Assembly: GCA_002311345.1 (NCBI GenBank)
Contig: DCAA01000006.1
Coordinates: 142,808 to 185,026, forward strand
Length of the DNA: 42,219 nucleotides
Origin: Planctomycetes bacterium UBA1146
Lineage (GTDB): Bacteria; Planctomycetota; UBA8108; UBA1146
Reading direction: 5' to 3'
The translations under genes were made by a program, and so were the position numbers. The notes under the pieces were generated by a model. It ran no database searches and was not told the origin of the DNA. It saw only the letters and a program-made list of their open reading frames with translations. Shown here piece by piece: positions 1-10,427 of this stretch. Position 1 is the first letter of the stretch; each line of letters begins with the position of its first letter.

Positions 1-42
1 TCGCTCTCGCGCCCCGTCGAATGTGCTGATCTGATCGGTAGA

Positions 43-2529
43 TCAGCCGCAATTGTCGAAAGTGTCGCAATCCAGGGAATCGCCGGTCGGGTCCGATCCG
101 CAATCCGAAAAGGGTGCCGGAGGAGTAGGTCCACCGGAGAACAGAAATGTCAGCAGGTAGACTCCGTCGGCAACATTCGCATTTCCGTCGTCATTGGTGT
201 CGACGGCATCGAGGCAGTTTGCTGGACCACCACTGAAGAGGTAAGCCAGTCCGGCGACTGCATCTGCGATGTTGATACTGGAATCGTCATTGATGTCACC
301 TCGAACGAAGGTGTCGCCTGCACCCGGGGTCAAGGTCACCTGGCCATTGCTGAAACCAGGTGGCATTGGATCACTGCCGACGATGATCAGGTTGTCGACA
401 GGAAGAGTGCCGATCGTCACACCGTTTTGCCATGTCAGATCGGTCACGAAAGTACCGGTCTGATTGATCAGGCCACCAGAATTGGTGGTGAATTCGATTG
501 TGGCAAGATTGGTCGAGTCGGTCAGATCGAGCGAAGTGGTGCTCAGGAAACTGACGACCGCGCCGATAGTGACCGCACCATCTGCCCACTGACCGCTGAA
601 GAAATCGAGCGGGGTGGGTACGACGCTGTCATCGAGCCCTGTTACCACCAACAGGGAACCATCGAAGACCATCGCCAGAGAGTAGCCGCTCACATCATTG
701 GGGAACCCGGTGTTGCTGGTTGATTCGATGCCCGAGACATTCGCCGTGAAGTCACCGATACCGGTGGCAGGATCGTATCCGGCATCGACGCTGGGAGCTG
801 AAATGGTGAAACTCAGCGGCGGAGGCGGAAGAACGGTGATGTTGCAACTCTGCGTGTCCCCATCGAATCCGCCAACGGTGGCCGTCAGTTCGTAGAGGTG
901 AGTGCTGATGGTGGCAGCGGTATCCGTGAACTGGGTAGCGTTCCCGCCCAGGTTCGCGATCACGGTGCCATTTCGCGACAAGGTGATGGCGTCGTAGGTC
1001 ATTCCGTTGCTCCAGGACAGATCTATTGCGTTGGAATCCGGATCGGTCTGGGTGCAACTGAAGTTGCTCTGAGGCAACGGGGTGATGAGGACGTCACAGG
1101 GGATGGCGGCCGCAGGGCTGGTGGCGTCTTCTGCCTGAACCGTGTAAGTGCTGTTGCCGTAGGATGCGTCTGTGTCGGAGTAACTGGTGGCGGTTCCACC
1201 GAGGACTGCCAGGATGACTCCGTTGCGGCGAATGGTGATCGCCGTGTACGAAGCTCCATTTGTCCAGGACAGATCCACCGAAGGATCTGAGGTGGCTCCG
1301 ACGGTGCAACTGAGATTCTGAACTGCTGGCAGGAAGGCGCCAGAAGGAGCAGCGACGGTGAAGGTCATCTCATCGGGAGCTCCCGCACCGCCGGCCTTGA
1401 AGAGGCCGAGGGTCGCGGTGTTGTCCGCCGGAGGGGCGTCACTGGTGAAGTAGAAGTTGAACATCATCGACCAGCGCAGCGCATTGGCATCCGGATTCAC
1501 ATTGAAACTATCGGTTGCCCAGGTGATACCGATTCCCGGATTGAGGGTGACTTGCCAGTCGGTTCCATCGAAGGGCTCTCCGCTGTGCCAGGTGTAGTCC
1601 TGGAATCCGTTGGTGATGATCGAAGCTCCCGCTGGGTAAGGCACGGTGAAGGAGTTGGCACTGCGATCGGAGTACAGGTTGTAGACGGCGTACTCGTAGT
1701 TCCAGGTGCCGTTGCCATTGTCGGTCACATCGTAACCGGCGATGAAGAGGCCATCGTTGGGAACCTCCACATCGACCAGGGTGACGCTGTTCTGGAAGTC
1801 CTGCCACGCCTGGATCGGCGGCTGCATCATCTGTGTCGAGCCCTGGAAATTCAGGTTGTGGTTGCCGGTCTGGGAGACGGTGACACGTCGATAGGAGGCA
1901 TTGTTTGCCTGGTTACCTGCTGCCGAATCATCGAGGGCAACGTACTGTCCACTGACGAAGTAGAATGCGCCCGGATAGTTTGCCGAGAGGAGATCGGTTT
2001 CTTTGACCTGAACTCGACGACCGATGGTGCCCTGCCCGCCAGGAATGGGGGGGGCCGAGTACGGATAAGGGAAGAATCCGGTCGTGGCGTTGACCTGCGA
2101 TCGAGGTCCGAGGTTACTCTGATTGCCATTGAGACCAGAGGAGTAGGGATCGGCACAGCCCGGGGTGAGGAAGGAGAGACAGCCGCCGCCACCGTTGCAG
2201 CCCGGACAGAGACCGGTGTTCTGAAGAGCGCAGAAGCCGTGTTTCAACCAGGAACTACCGATCTGAGTGAAGCGTCCGTCGTGCAGCCTCCACAGATCCT
2301 GAGCGATGACCGGGTGTTGGTTGTTGTTGGCGATCCAGTCGAGGTTTTCATCTCCGATGTTACAAGAGGTCGTGGCCACCGAGTAAGCGTAGATGGCTTC
2401 TCCAGCGACTGTGTTGGAACCGTACGCATTGGTCCCCGGCAGGGAACCTACAATCACGTCGGGTTGTGCCTGAACGACTCCAGCCATAAACACAAAAACG
2501 CAGGCGATGATGCAAATATATCGATACAC
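43..2529 (-). CDS. Secreted multidomain protein: signal peptide, Cys-rich uncharacterised N-terminal domain, two Fn3/Ig-like repeats, cohesin-like domain and C-terminal planctomycete-type dockerin
   Basis: 828 aa ORF with GTG start and GAGGA RBS. Signal peptide ends ...GVVQA. Two ~85 aa repeats (NLSC..VDLSWTNG..Y..I.I.RNG..LA.LGG.AT.Y.DT). C-terminus FVRGDINDDSSINIADAV..LAYLF..G..CLDAVDTNDDGNANVADGVYLLTFLF is a duplicated Ca-binding dockerin loop. Confidence 0.8.
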   Translation of the reverse strand: MYRYICIIACVFVFMAGVVQAQPDVIVGSLPGTNAYGSNTVAGEAIYAYSVATTSCNIGDENLDWIANNNQHPVIAQDLWRLHDGRFTQIGSSWLKHGFCALQNTGLCPGCNGGGGCLSFLTPGCADPYSSGLNGNQSNLGPRSQVNATTGFFPYPYSAPPIPGGQGTIGRRVQVKETDLLSANYPGAFYFVSGQYVALDDSAAGNQANNASYRRVTVSQTGNHNLNFQGSTQMMQPPIQAWQDFQNSVTLVDVEVPNDGLFIAGYDVTDNGNGTWNYEYAVYNLYSDRSANSFTVPYPAGASIITNGFQDYTWHSGEPFDGTDWQVTLNPGIGITWATDSFNVNPDANALRWSMMFNFYFTSDAPPADNTATLGLFKAGGAGAPDEMTFTVAAPSGAFLPAVQNLSCTVGATSDPSVDLSWTNGASYTAITIRRNGVILAVLGGTATSYSDTDASYGNSTYTVQAEDATSPAAAIPCDVLITPLPQSNFSCTQTDPDSNAIDLSWSNGMTYDAITLSRNGTVIANLGGNATQFTDTAATISTHLYELTATVGGFDGDTQSCNITVLPPPPLSFTISAPSVDAGYDPATGIGDFTANVSGIESTSNTGFPNDVSGYSLAMVFDGSLLVVTGLDDSVVPTPLDFFSGQWADGAVTIGAVVSFLSTTSLDLTDSTNLATIEFTTNSGGLINQTGTFVTDLTWQNGVTIGTLPVDNLIIVGSDPMPPGFSNGQVTLTPGAGDTFVRGDINDDSSINIADAVAGLAYLFSGGPANCLDAVDTNDDGNANVADGVYLLTFLFSGGPTPPAPFSDCGSDPTGDSLDCDTFDNCG
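832..1335 (-). repeat. Tandem intragenic repeat (2 x ~85 aa Fn3/Ig-like, each bracketed by a Cys pair)
   Basis: LPAVQNLSC...VDLSWTNGASYTAITIRRNGVILAVLGGTATSYSDT...PCDV aligns by eye with LPQSNFSC...IDLSWSNGMTYDAITLSRNGTVIANLGGNATQFTDT...SCNI. Confidence 0.75.
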
Positions 2530-3066
2530 TTTCCGTTTCCTCTCATTTTCACTTCATTGGCACGGGCACAAAATACCCGGGAGCCTGAAACCCCACCCAG
2601 GCAAACTCACGAAAGATCATGTTTCTTGGTGATAACTCGCTTCGTCGCGGACTAGTCCCGCTCTTCCCGGCAGTTCACGAGCAGATACAAACCCTCTTGT
2701 TCTCCGAAGATACGCCCTGCCAGAAGAGGTCAAATCACACTACCCACGGCGCCCAAAGGCGCCGCCTGGCCCCATTATCTCACAGGAGATCGCGTCCGTG
2801 AAGGGGGACTGATTCTGCGCGCGCCGCCAAAGACCTCCATTTTATCCCTTCAGAGCCATAAATTCGGATTTTGATGGTTCAATAACGTCTATCCCATCAA
2901 GGGGTTATGATTTGCCCACGGACCGGATATGTCGGTTTTCTGGGGCGCTGATGCCTTGCTCGCTGTTGACCGGGCATCCGTGATGGAGTCGAGGTCGAGG
3001 CGCGCAATCCGGTCCTGCGAAGATCGGCCGAAACAACGGGGGAGTGAACCTCCCGAACAGGAAAAA

Positions 3067-4395
3067 ATGTCCGGTTCCGAAGAAATCGAACTCGCGACTC
3101 AACCGCCGGCAGGTCTCTGTGGCGCAGTGCTTCCGGTCGGGATGGCCACCGCAGTGGCGATGTGGACCGCCGGCTACATCGCCCGGTTGCCCTTCGTCGA
3201 GGTCTCTCCGGTGGTGCTTTTTTTCGTACTGGTGGCTGTACTGCTGATGGGCGGTAGATTCGCCGCTTCGAGACACTCCAACAGGATCCGCGCAGGGATT
3301 GTCTGCGGAGCCATCGCTGCAATTCTCGATCTGCTGGTACTGGGATCTTTCGTGATTCCCGAGGGACAAGAAGTTTCCACCGCACGGATGATGACGCTAG
3401 CGATGTCATTTCTGTTTTTCATCGCCATCTGCATCACCTTGGCAGTGCTCGGGGCTGCCAGCAGGAAAGCGGGTTCTTCGACTCGCGATCAGGGCGTCGA
3501 ATTGATGACCTGGACCGCATTCAGTGCCACGCTGGTGCTGGTCGGAATCGGCGGTCTGGTGACCAGTGAGGAAGCGGGGCTGGCAGTTCCCGACTGGCCC
3601 GACTCGTTTGGCGGCAATATGTTCCTGTTACCTCTTTCACGCATGACAGGTGCCATCTACTACGAACACGCTCACCGGCTGTTCGGTGCTCTGGTGGGGT
3701 TGGTTACCGTATCACTGGCGGTCTATCTGTGGTGCTCGTCCTCCAGCAGATGGCTCAAGGCTCTGTCAGCATTCGCGGTCGTCCAGGTGATCGTCCAGGG
3801 GATCTTCGGTGGACTGAGAGTGACGGAGGTCGAATCCACGACGGTGATCGATGGCACGGTTTCCCAATGGGGCGAATCTTCACTCTCTCTGGTGTTGCGG
3901 GTGGTCCACGGTGTCGACGGACAGTTCTTTCTGGCGCTGCTGGCAGTGATCCTCACACTCGCTGGCAGTAACTGGCGAACAGCAACCGGTGGCTGCTCGG
4001 ACCGGTACGATCGCTGGGGAAGCGTGGTGCTGGCTCTCTTAATCTCCACGCAGTTGTTGCTCGGTGCTCTCTCTCGCCACATCTCCAGGGACTGGGTGCT
4101 GTGGCACCTCTGTGGAGCGTTTGTGGTGCTGGCGGTGGTGGTTTTTCTCGGGGTGCGCGGAGGCCTTCCCACGAAGGCTCCGATGCGTGCCCGGATCGGG
4201 ATACTGCTGGTGATCGCCACTACAGTGCAGGTGGCGCTGGGTTTTGCGACCCTCGCTGTCACCAGTGGCCAGGTCAGGATCGCTTCGAGCGGAGTTACCG
4301 AAACCCTGCTGGCGACCACACATCAGACGCTGGGAGCAGTGATCCTGGCCCTTGCCGCCTCGCTGCTGTGCTGGACCTTCAGACCGGTTCGCTGA
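3067..4395 (+). CDS. ctaA: Heme A synthase (COX15/CtaA family) with an extra N-terminal membrane domain
   Basis: GGLVTSEEAGLAVPDWP, YYEHAHRLFG, and later His motifs VVHG, LWHL, THQ; many TM helices; located at the head of the oxidase cluster. Start taken at ATG 3067 (the ORF is open to 2929). Confidence 0.85.
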   Translation: MSGSEEIELATQPPAGLCGAVLPVGMATAVAMWTAGYIARLPFVEVSPVVLFFVLVAVLLMGGRFAASRHSNRIRAGIVCGAIAAILDLLVLGSFVIPEGQEVSTARMMTLAMSFLFFIAICITLAVLGAASRKAGSSTRDQGVELMTWTAFSATLVLVGIGGLVTSEEAGLAVPDWPDSFGGNMFLLPLSRMTGAIYYEHAHRLFGALVGLVTVSLAVYLWCSSSSRWLKALSAFAVVQVIVQGIFGGLRVTEVESTTVIDGTVSQWGESSLSLVLRVVHGVDGQFFLALLAVILTLAGSNWRTATGGCSDRYDRWGSVVLALLISTQLLLGALSRHISRDWVLWHLCGAFVVLAVVVFLGVRGGLPTKAPMRARIGILLVIATTVQVALGFATLAVTSGQVRIASSGVTETLLATTHQTLGAVILALAASLLCWTFRPVR

Positions 4396-4584
4396 TGGGC
4401 CCCTCTCTGGCCCCGGGGAATTGAGCGATTTCGAGGCCAGAAAAACAGTCGGAATTTAGTCGAGTTCGTTTGGCCTGAAACCGAGTCGTTGCTAGCCTCT
4501 CCACTGATCGGCGAGACCGGTGTTGCCACGCGAGTTCTCGGCCGAGATGTATGTTGAAGATGGGCCAGGAGGAACTCCCCAACG

Positions 4585-5280
4585 ATGAGTCGTGATCCGA
4601 TCTTCCGTCCCTGGATGGACCAACTACTGAAGCTTCTCGGAGCCGGAGCTGCAGTGACCGGACTCTATGCCGTATTGATGGTCTACTTCGGTCTTTCGCC
4701 GAAGACCCTCAGTGCTGGTTACATGCCCCAACAACCGGTGCCCTACAGTCATGCACTGCACGTCGGCGAACTGGGGCTTGATTGTCGCTACTGTCACACC
4801 ACCGTGGAGAGTGCCGCGTTCGCTGCCGTCCCTCCGACCCAGACCTGCATCAACTGTCACGAGAAGATCGCGCCGACGAGTCACAAGTTGGATCCGGTGC
4901 GCAACTCTTTCGTTTCCGGATTGCCGGTGCAGTGGATCAAGGTTCACGACCTTCCCGACTATGTTTACTTCAATCACAGTGCTCATGTCACTCGAGGAGT
5001 TTCGTGCGTCGAATGCCACGGTCGTATCGATCAGATGGAAGAGGTTCACCAGGTGAAACCCCTTAGCATGGGCTGGTGTTTGGGATGTCATAGAAATCCG
5101 GCTTCCCATCTGCGACCCGTTGATCGGGTGACCGATCTCGACTGGGGACTGGATCGCACCGAAGAGGAAAAAGCGGCGCAGGGAAACGAAATCATGAAGG
5201 GCCTGGGGTTGATCGATGAGTCGGGACTGCCGACCACTCGCTTGACCCTCCTGACGAATTGTTCCACATGTCATCGATGA
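4585..5280 (+). CDS. actA: Alternative complex III pentaheme cytochrome c subunit
   Basis: N-terminal TM helix; five CxxCH motifs (CRYCH, CINCH, CVECH, CLGCH, CSTCH); PQQPVPYSHALH and LPDYVYFNHSAH; AGGAGG RBS. Confidence 0.93.
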   Translation: MSRDPIFRPWMDQLLKLLGAGAAVTGLYAVLMVYFGLSPKTLSAGYMPQQPVPYSHALHVGELGLDCRYCHTTVESAAFAAVPPTQTCINCHEKIAPTSHKLDPVRNSFVSGLPVQWIKVHDLPDYVYFNHSAHVTRGVSCVECHGRIDQMEEVHQVKPLSMGWCLGCHRNPASHLRPVDRVTDLDWGLDRTEEEKAAQGNEIMKGLGLIDESGLPTTRLTLLTNCSTCHR

Positions 5281-8200
5281 ATAAAGAAATCGGCACGAAG
5301 CCGGGCAAGGCACTCTGGCGCAGCCTCGACGAGTATGCGGACTCTCCCGAGTTCCGCACGCTGCTCGAGAAAGAATTTCCGAATCATGCTCCCGAGTTGT
5401 TCCATTCCACCTCGCGCCGACATTTCCTGAAAGTGATGGGAGCCTCCATGGCTCTGGCGGGGGGACTCGCTGGATGTCACTGGCCACAGCAGCAAATTCT
5501 TCCACACACCAGCCGTCCACAGGGCAGAGCACCTGGAGTTCCGGTTACTTATGCTTCCTGCTGGGAGCAGCAGGAAGTTGCCGAGGGGGTACTGGTCACC
5601 AGTTACGATGGCCGACCGATCCGGGTCGATGGCAATGGAGATCACCCGTTCCAGAGCGGGGCGGCAACCTCGCAGATTCAGGCCAGTGTACTGGGTCTCT
5701 ATGACCCGGGGCGAAGTTCCGAACCGAGCCACGACAAAGCAGGCCATCGAGTCGCCGCCGGTTGGGATGAAGCCGCTGAGATGCTTCGGGCTGCCGGTCG
5801 CGCCGGGAAGCTCTCGATACTGGCGGCTCCGTCATCTTCACTGGCCCTTGCGATGATGCGAAAGCGATTTTTACGGCAAGTCCCCTCAGCCCAATGGCAT
5901 GAATGGGCTCCGATCCATCGCGATTCGGAAAGGCTAGGCACGGAGCAACTGTTCGGACGACCGATGCGTCCGGTGGCAGACCTGTCGGCGGCCCGCGTTC
6001 TAGTTTGCCTCGATGCGGATCCGCTGATGAATCATCCGGCGAGTCTTGCCCATAGCAGCGCTTGGGCTGCGCTTCGCACATCCGCCGATGATGACGAGCC
6101 GCTATTGAGTCGGGTCTACTCGGTGGAGAGTACTTTGTCGGTGACCGGCAGTGCTGCCGATATCAGGATTCCGGCACGTACCGCAGATATCGCGAAAATC
6201 GCTGCGCAACTGGCAGCGGCCACGGGAGTGCCCTTACCCGCTGATGTCTCTTCCATCGTCGATGCGGCGGAGCCCGCAGATCAACAGATCTTGCAGATGG
6301 CTGCCGATTTGAAATCGCATCCCGGGAACTGCCTGGTCATGGCAGGTGATCGACAGCCTGGTGTCGTACATGCGCTGGCGCATGCCATCAACATCGGACT
6401 CGGTGCGGTTGGGAAGACCCTTCGATTTGCGGAAGTCGAGCGTGGCGAGCGACCAACTCACATCGATGACCTGGAGTTGCTGGCCAATCAAATTCGCAGC
6501 GGCGAGGTCGAGACCCTGCTGTTCCTCGGCACCAATCCAGTTTATGACGCACCCGCCATCAACGAGTCATGGAATGATCTCATCGAAAAGGTGCCGCTGT
6601 CGATTCACGTCGGAGATCACGAAGATGAGACCGCAAGAGCTTGCCAGTGGCATCTCAACGGAACCCATTTCCTCGAGGAATGGGGTGAGGGACGTAGCTG
6701 GGACGGCACAATAACCCTGAGACAACCCCTGATTGCTCCGCTCTATGACGGTCGTAGTTCCATCGAACTGTTGAGTCTTCTTCTCGATGACAAACCTGAA
6801 TCCGGACATGACATGGTTCGTGGAGTTCTGGAACCGATGGCTGGCGCCGATGCAGATGCATCGTGGAGAAGTTGGCTCCACGGGGGATTCATCCCTGGAA
6901 GTTCCAATACCGTCGATAGTGCTCCCCAGATGCGCGGTGGGTGGGGTGCAGCGCTCGAGAGTGACATGCAGGCACCCGAGGGCGATGAAATCGTCTTCCT
7001 GGCCGACCATTGCCTCTTCGATGGTCGCTATGCCAACAATGGCTGGTTACAGGAACTGCCCGATCCCATCAGCAAGGTGACCTGGGATAACTGCGCTCTG
7101 ATCGCTCCTAGCAAGGCGACAGAGATGGGAGTGAAAACCGGCGATCTGATCCAGTTGTCGACGGGAGGTCGGGAACTGGAGATGCCCGCCTTCATCCTGC
7201 CGTGCATGAACTCAAGTACGGTGGCGGTCGCTCTCGGCTATGGCCGTTTGCTTTCCGACCGTGCCGCAGGAAGACTGTCGCGCAAACCCTCGCTCTACCA
7301 GATCGCAGATGGTGTTGGGTTCGATACCTATCAGTTGCGCACCATGGAGGCGATTCGTGCTGGATATGCGCCCGTCAGTGTTTCTCGTACATCGGGTACT
7401 TACGAACTGGCGACCACACAGGATCACAATCCGATTCGGCCTGACGATTTCATGGGTGACCTCGAGTTCAACGAGGAACAGCGTCGCATCGGAGAATTTG
7501 CTCGTGTTGTCGAGACGGGGTTTGCACCTGATGCGGGCGATGTTGCCGCTCAGGTTCAGGAGGCTGGACCTCATCACCCTGCTCTGGAGAGCCTCTGGAC
7601 CGAACACGAATACAAGTCCCATCGCTGGGCGATGACGATCGACTTGAATCTTTGTACAGGTTGCAGTGCCTGTATGGTGGCGTGTCAGTCGGAGAACAAT
7701 ATCGCCGTGGTCGGTAAGGACGAAGTCGCCTACGGACGCGAGATGCACTGGATAAGGGTCGACCGGTACTTCAGCGGCGACGATATTGACAATCCTGAGG
7801 TGGTGCATCAGCCGTTGACCTGTAATCAGTGCGAGAATGCACCGTGCGAGCAGGTTTGTCCCGTGGCGGCAACCGTGCACAACGAAGAGGGCCTCAACGA
7901 CATGGTCTACAACCGGTGCATCGGTACCCGGTACTGCAGCAACAACTGTCCTTACAAGGTCCGTCGTTTCAACTACTTCAATAACACCAAGTCGCCCTCT
8001 CCGACGGAGCAGATGGGATACAACCCGGCGGTCACCATTCGATCCCGCGGGGTGATGGAGAAGTGCACTTACTGTGTTCAGAGGATCAATTCTTCGAAGA
8101 TCAGTGCTCATAACGAGGGCCGTGAGATGGTCGATGGCAACGTGTTGCCGGCTTGCGCTCAGACCTGTCCGACTCGAGCCATCACCTTTGGAGATCTTGC

Positions 8201-8333
8201 AGATCCCAAGAGTCAGGTGAGTGCGACCCAGAAGTCGCATCGTGCTTACAAGATGCTTGCCGAATTGAATGTCAAGCCGCGCACGTCCTACATGGCCAAA
8301 CTGCGCAATCCGGCGACCCGAGAAGAGGGGTGA
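5277..8333 (+). CDS. actB: Alternative complex III ActB (molybdopterin-oxidoreductase-like domain fused to Fe-S domain, Tat-exported)
   Basis: WRSLDEY..EF..EF leader, then SRRHFLK Tat motif and LAGC lipobox. C-terminal Cys clusters [53 protein letters not shown] overlap with actA. Confidence 0.93.
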   Translation: MNKEIGTKPGKALWRSLDEYADSPEFRTLLEKEFPNHAPELFHSTSRRHFLKVMGASMALAGGLAGCHWPQQQILPHTSRPQGRAPGVPVTYASCWEQQEVAEGVLVTSYDGRPIRVDGNGDHPFQSGAATSQIQASVLGLYDPGRSSEPSHDKAGHRVAAGWDEAAEMLRAAGRAGKLSILAAPSSSLALAMMRKRFLRQVPSAQWHEWAPIHRDSERLGTEQLFGRPMRPVADLSAARVLVCLDADPLMNHPASLAHSSAWAALRTSADDDEPLLSRVYSVESTLSVTGSAADIRIPARTADIAKIAAQLAAATGVPLPADVSSIVDAAEPADQQILQMAADLKSHPGNCLVMAGDRQPGVVHALAHAINIGLGAVGKTLRFAEVERGERPTHIDDLELLANQIRSGEVETLLFLGTNPVYDAPAINESWNDLIEKVPLSIHVGDHEDETARACQWHLNGTHFLEEWGEGRSWDGTITLRQPLIAPLYDGRSSIELLSLLLDDKPESGHDMVRGVLEPMAGADADASWRSWLHGGFIPGSSNTVDSAPQMRGGWGAALESDMQAPEGDEIVFLADHCLFDGRYANNGWLQELPDPISKVTWDNCALIAPSKATEMGVKTGDLIQLSTGGRELEMPAFILPCMNSSTVAVALGYGRLLSDRAAGRLSRKPSLYQIADGVGFDTYQLRTMEAIRAGYAPVSVSRTSGTYELATTQDHNPIRPDDFMGDLEFNEEQRRIGEFARVVETGFAPDAGDVAAQVQEAGPHHPALESLWTEHEYKSHRWAMTIDLNLCTGCSACMVACQSENNIAVVGKDEVAYGREMHWIRVDRYFSGDDIDNPEVVHQPLTCNQCENAPCEQVCPVAATVHNEEGLNDMVYNRCIGTRYCSNNCPYKVRRFNYFNNTKSPSPTEQMGYNPAVTIRSRGVMEKCTYCVQRINSSKISAHNEGREMVDGNVLPACAQTCPTRAITFGDLADPKSQVSATQKSHRAYKMLAELNVKPRTSYMAKLRNPATREEG

Positions 8334-8338
8334 GGGGG

Positions 8339-9820
8339 ATGAAGGAACTCCTCGATAAACTGGGCCCCATCCTGCGACCCGAGTTCACGGGTAACGCAGA
8401 GAGTCCCGAGATCGATAACACTGCCTATTCTCCCGACAATCGGACTCCACTCTTAACCGGTAGCGACGACAACACGACCATCTCCGACAAGGTGTGCCAG
8501 ATCGTCGAACAGAAGCCGACGATCGGCTGGTGGATGTTCTTCCTGCTGTCTTTCTCGGTGCTTGGATTGCTGGGGGTGTTCGTTCCATTCCTGATCTTCT
8601 GGGGGGTGGGAACCTGGGGTGTCAACAATCCTGTTGGGTGGGGATACGCCATCGTGAATTTCGTTTTCTGGATTGGGATCGGGCATGCAGGCACACTCAT
8701 TTCCGCGATCCTGTTCCTGTTCAGGCAGAAGTGGCGAACTTCCATCAACCGTGCTGCCGAGGCGATGACGATCTTCGCGGTCATCTGTGCCGGATTGTTC
8801 CCGGGCATCCACGTCGGGCGTGCCTGGTTCGCGTACTGGATGTTCCCGATCCCCAACCAGATGGAACTGTGGCCCAATTTCCGCAGTCCGCTGTTGTGGG
8901 ACGTCTTCGCGGTCGGCACCTACTTCACGGTTTCGTTGATGTTCTGGTACATGGGAATGATGCCAGACCTGGCGACTCTCCGTGATCGAGCAAAGCACCC
9001 CCTGAGGAAGGTCGTCTACGGAATCCTGGCAATGGGATGGACCGGGTCCCATCGCCATTGGCACGTCTACGAGCGGGCTTATCTGCTGCTGGCAGCTCTG
9101 GCGACCCCGCTGGTGCTTTCGGTGCACTCGGTTGTGTCCTTCGACTTCGCCGTTTCTCAGGTAGCCGGGTGGCACTCGACGATTTTCCCGCCCTATTTCG
9201 TCGCCGGGGCGATCTTCAGTGGATTTGCCATGGTGATGACACTGCTGGTTCCGGCACGGCAGTTCTTCGGGCTGAAGGACGTGATCACTCTCAAACACCT
9301 CGAGAACATGAACAAGATCATCATGCTCACCGGCATGATCGTCGGGTATTCCTACGCACAGGAGTTCTTCATCGCATGGTACAGCGGGGTGAATGTCGAG
9401 AAATTCGCCTTCATCAATCGTGCCTTTGGACAGTATGCCTGGGCCTACTGGATCATGGTCTCCTGCAACGTTCTGTCGCCACAGATCTTCTGGTTCAAGA
9501 AGATGCGGACCAGTCTCGTGGTGATGTTCATCGTCAGCATCTTGGTGAACATCGGTATGTGGTTCGAACGCTTCGTCATCGTCGTGACGAGCCTCGCCAA
9601 CGACTACACCCCCAGTGCGTGGGACTACTACACCCCGAAACTTACCGACGTGGCCATCATGCTGGGATCCTTCGGCCTCTTCTTCACACTGTTCGCCCTT
9701 TTCTGTCGTTTCATGCCCTTTGTTGCCATGACCGAACTGAGGGGGGTCCTGGCAGCGGCAACTCATTCCACTTCGACGGCTCCCGATGACACTTCGGGAA
9801 AACCCGCGGCCGGGTCGTAG
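8339..9820 (+). CDS. actC: Alternative complex III ActC (NrfD/PsrC-family quinol-binding membrane subunit)
   Basis: [83 protein letters not shown]. Start at ATG 8339 (GTG 8330 possible). Confidence 0.95.
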   Translation: MKELLDKLGPILRPEFTGNAESPEIDNTAYSPDNRTPLLTGSDDNTTISDKVCQIVEQKPTIGWWMFFLLSFSVLGLLGVFVPFLIFWGVGTWGVNNPVGWGYAIVNFVFWIGIGHAGTLISAILFLFRQKWRTSINRAAEAMTIFAVICAGLFPGIHVGRAWFAYWMFPIPNQMELWPNFRSPLLWDVFAVGTYFTVSLMFWYMGMMPDLATLRDRAKHPLRKVVYGILAMGWTGSHRHWHVYERAYLLLAALATPLVLSVHSVVSFDFAVSQVAGWHSTIFPPYFVAGAIFSGFAMVMTLLVPARQFFGLKDVITLKHLENMNKIIMLTGMIVGYSYAQEFFIAWYSGVNVEKFAFINRAFGQYAWAYWIMVSCNVLSPQIFWFKKMRTSLVVMFIVSILVNIGMWFERFVIVVTSLANDYTPSAWDYYTPKLTDVAIMLGSFGLFFTLFALFCRFMPFVAMTELRGVLAAATHSTSTAPDDTSGKPAAGS

Positions 9821-9826
9821 GCGAGA

Positions 9827-10423
9827 ATGGAGATGAATACCGAGATGTTGGACACGCCCGCAGTGGAAACGATTACCGCCGAGGATTCCGTAGATCCGAA
9901 GCCGGTATTGATGCTTGCAGAGTTTGAAACCGCCGATCTGTTGCTGGTAGCAGCAGCACAGGTTCGTGATCAGGGATTTCGCCTCTGGGACTGCCACACC
10001 CCTTACCCGGTTCATGGCCTCGATGGCGCGATGGCAATCCGTCCCACCTTGCTGCCCTGGATCGTTCTGGGTGGAGGTGCCCTCGGGTTCTGCGGCGGTA
10101 TGCTGATGCAGGGCTGGATGAACGCTGTCGATTACCCGTTCCTGGTCAGTGGAAAACCGTTCTGGAGCATTCCTGCGAGCATACCCGTAGGCTTCGAGAT
10201 GACCATCTTGTTCGCCGCTATTGGTTCCTTCTTTGGCATGTTGCTGCTGAATGGGCTGCCGCGATTGTATCGACCGCACTTCCGCAGTGATCGGTTCCGC
10301 CGTGCCACTTCGGATCGGTTCTTCATCAGCATCGATGGTCGTGATCGCCGCTTCGACGTCGAGTCGAACGCCAGACTCCTTGGGGAGCTCGGCGCGACTG
10401 CGGTGGAAGTGATCGAGGAGTAG
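9827..10423 (+). CDS. actD: Alternative complex III ActD (DUF3341)
   Basis: LAEF, HTPYPVHGLD, DYPFLVSGKP, PVGFEMTILFAA; two TM helices; position in the act operon. Confidence 0.92.
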   Translation: MEMNTEMLDTPAVETITAEDSVDPKPVLMLAEFETADLLLVAAAQVRDQGFRLWDCHTPYPVHGLDGAMAIRPTLLPWIVLGGGALGFCGGMLMQGWMNAVDYPFLVSGKPFWSIPASIPVGFEMTILFAAIGSFFGMLLLNGLPRLYRPHFRSDRFRRATSDRFFISIDGRDRRFDVESNARLLGELGATAVEVIEE

Positions 10424-10427
10424 AACC

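Noticed and set aside
2871-2900. FNR/CRP box upstream of the respiratory operon
   Set aside because: The TTGAT and ATCAA half-sites are 20 nt apart instead of 4; kept only as a generic inverted repeat.
5277-8333. Catalytic molybdoenzyme (polysulfide or nitrate reductase type)
   Set aside because: The fused architecture and actA/C/D/E/F context identify ActB, which is known not to bind a Mo cofactor.
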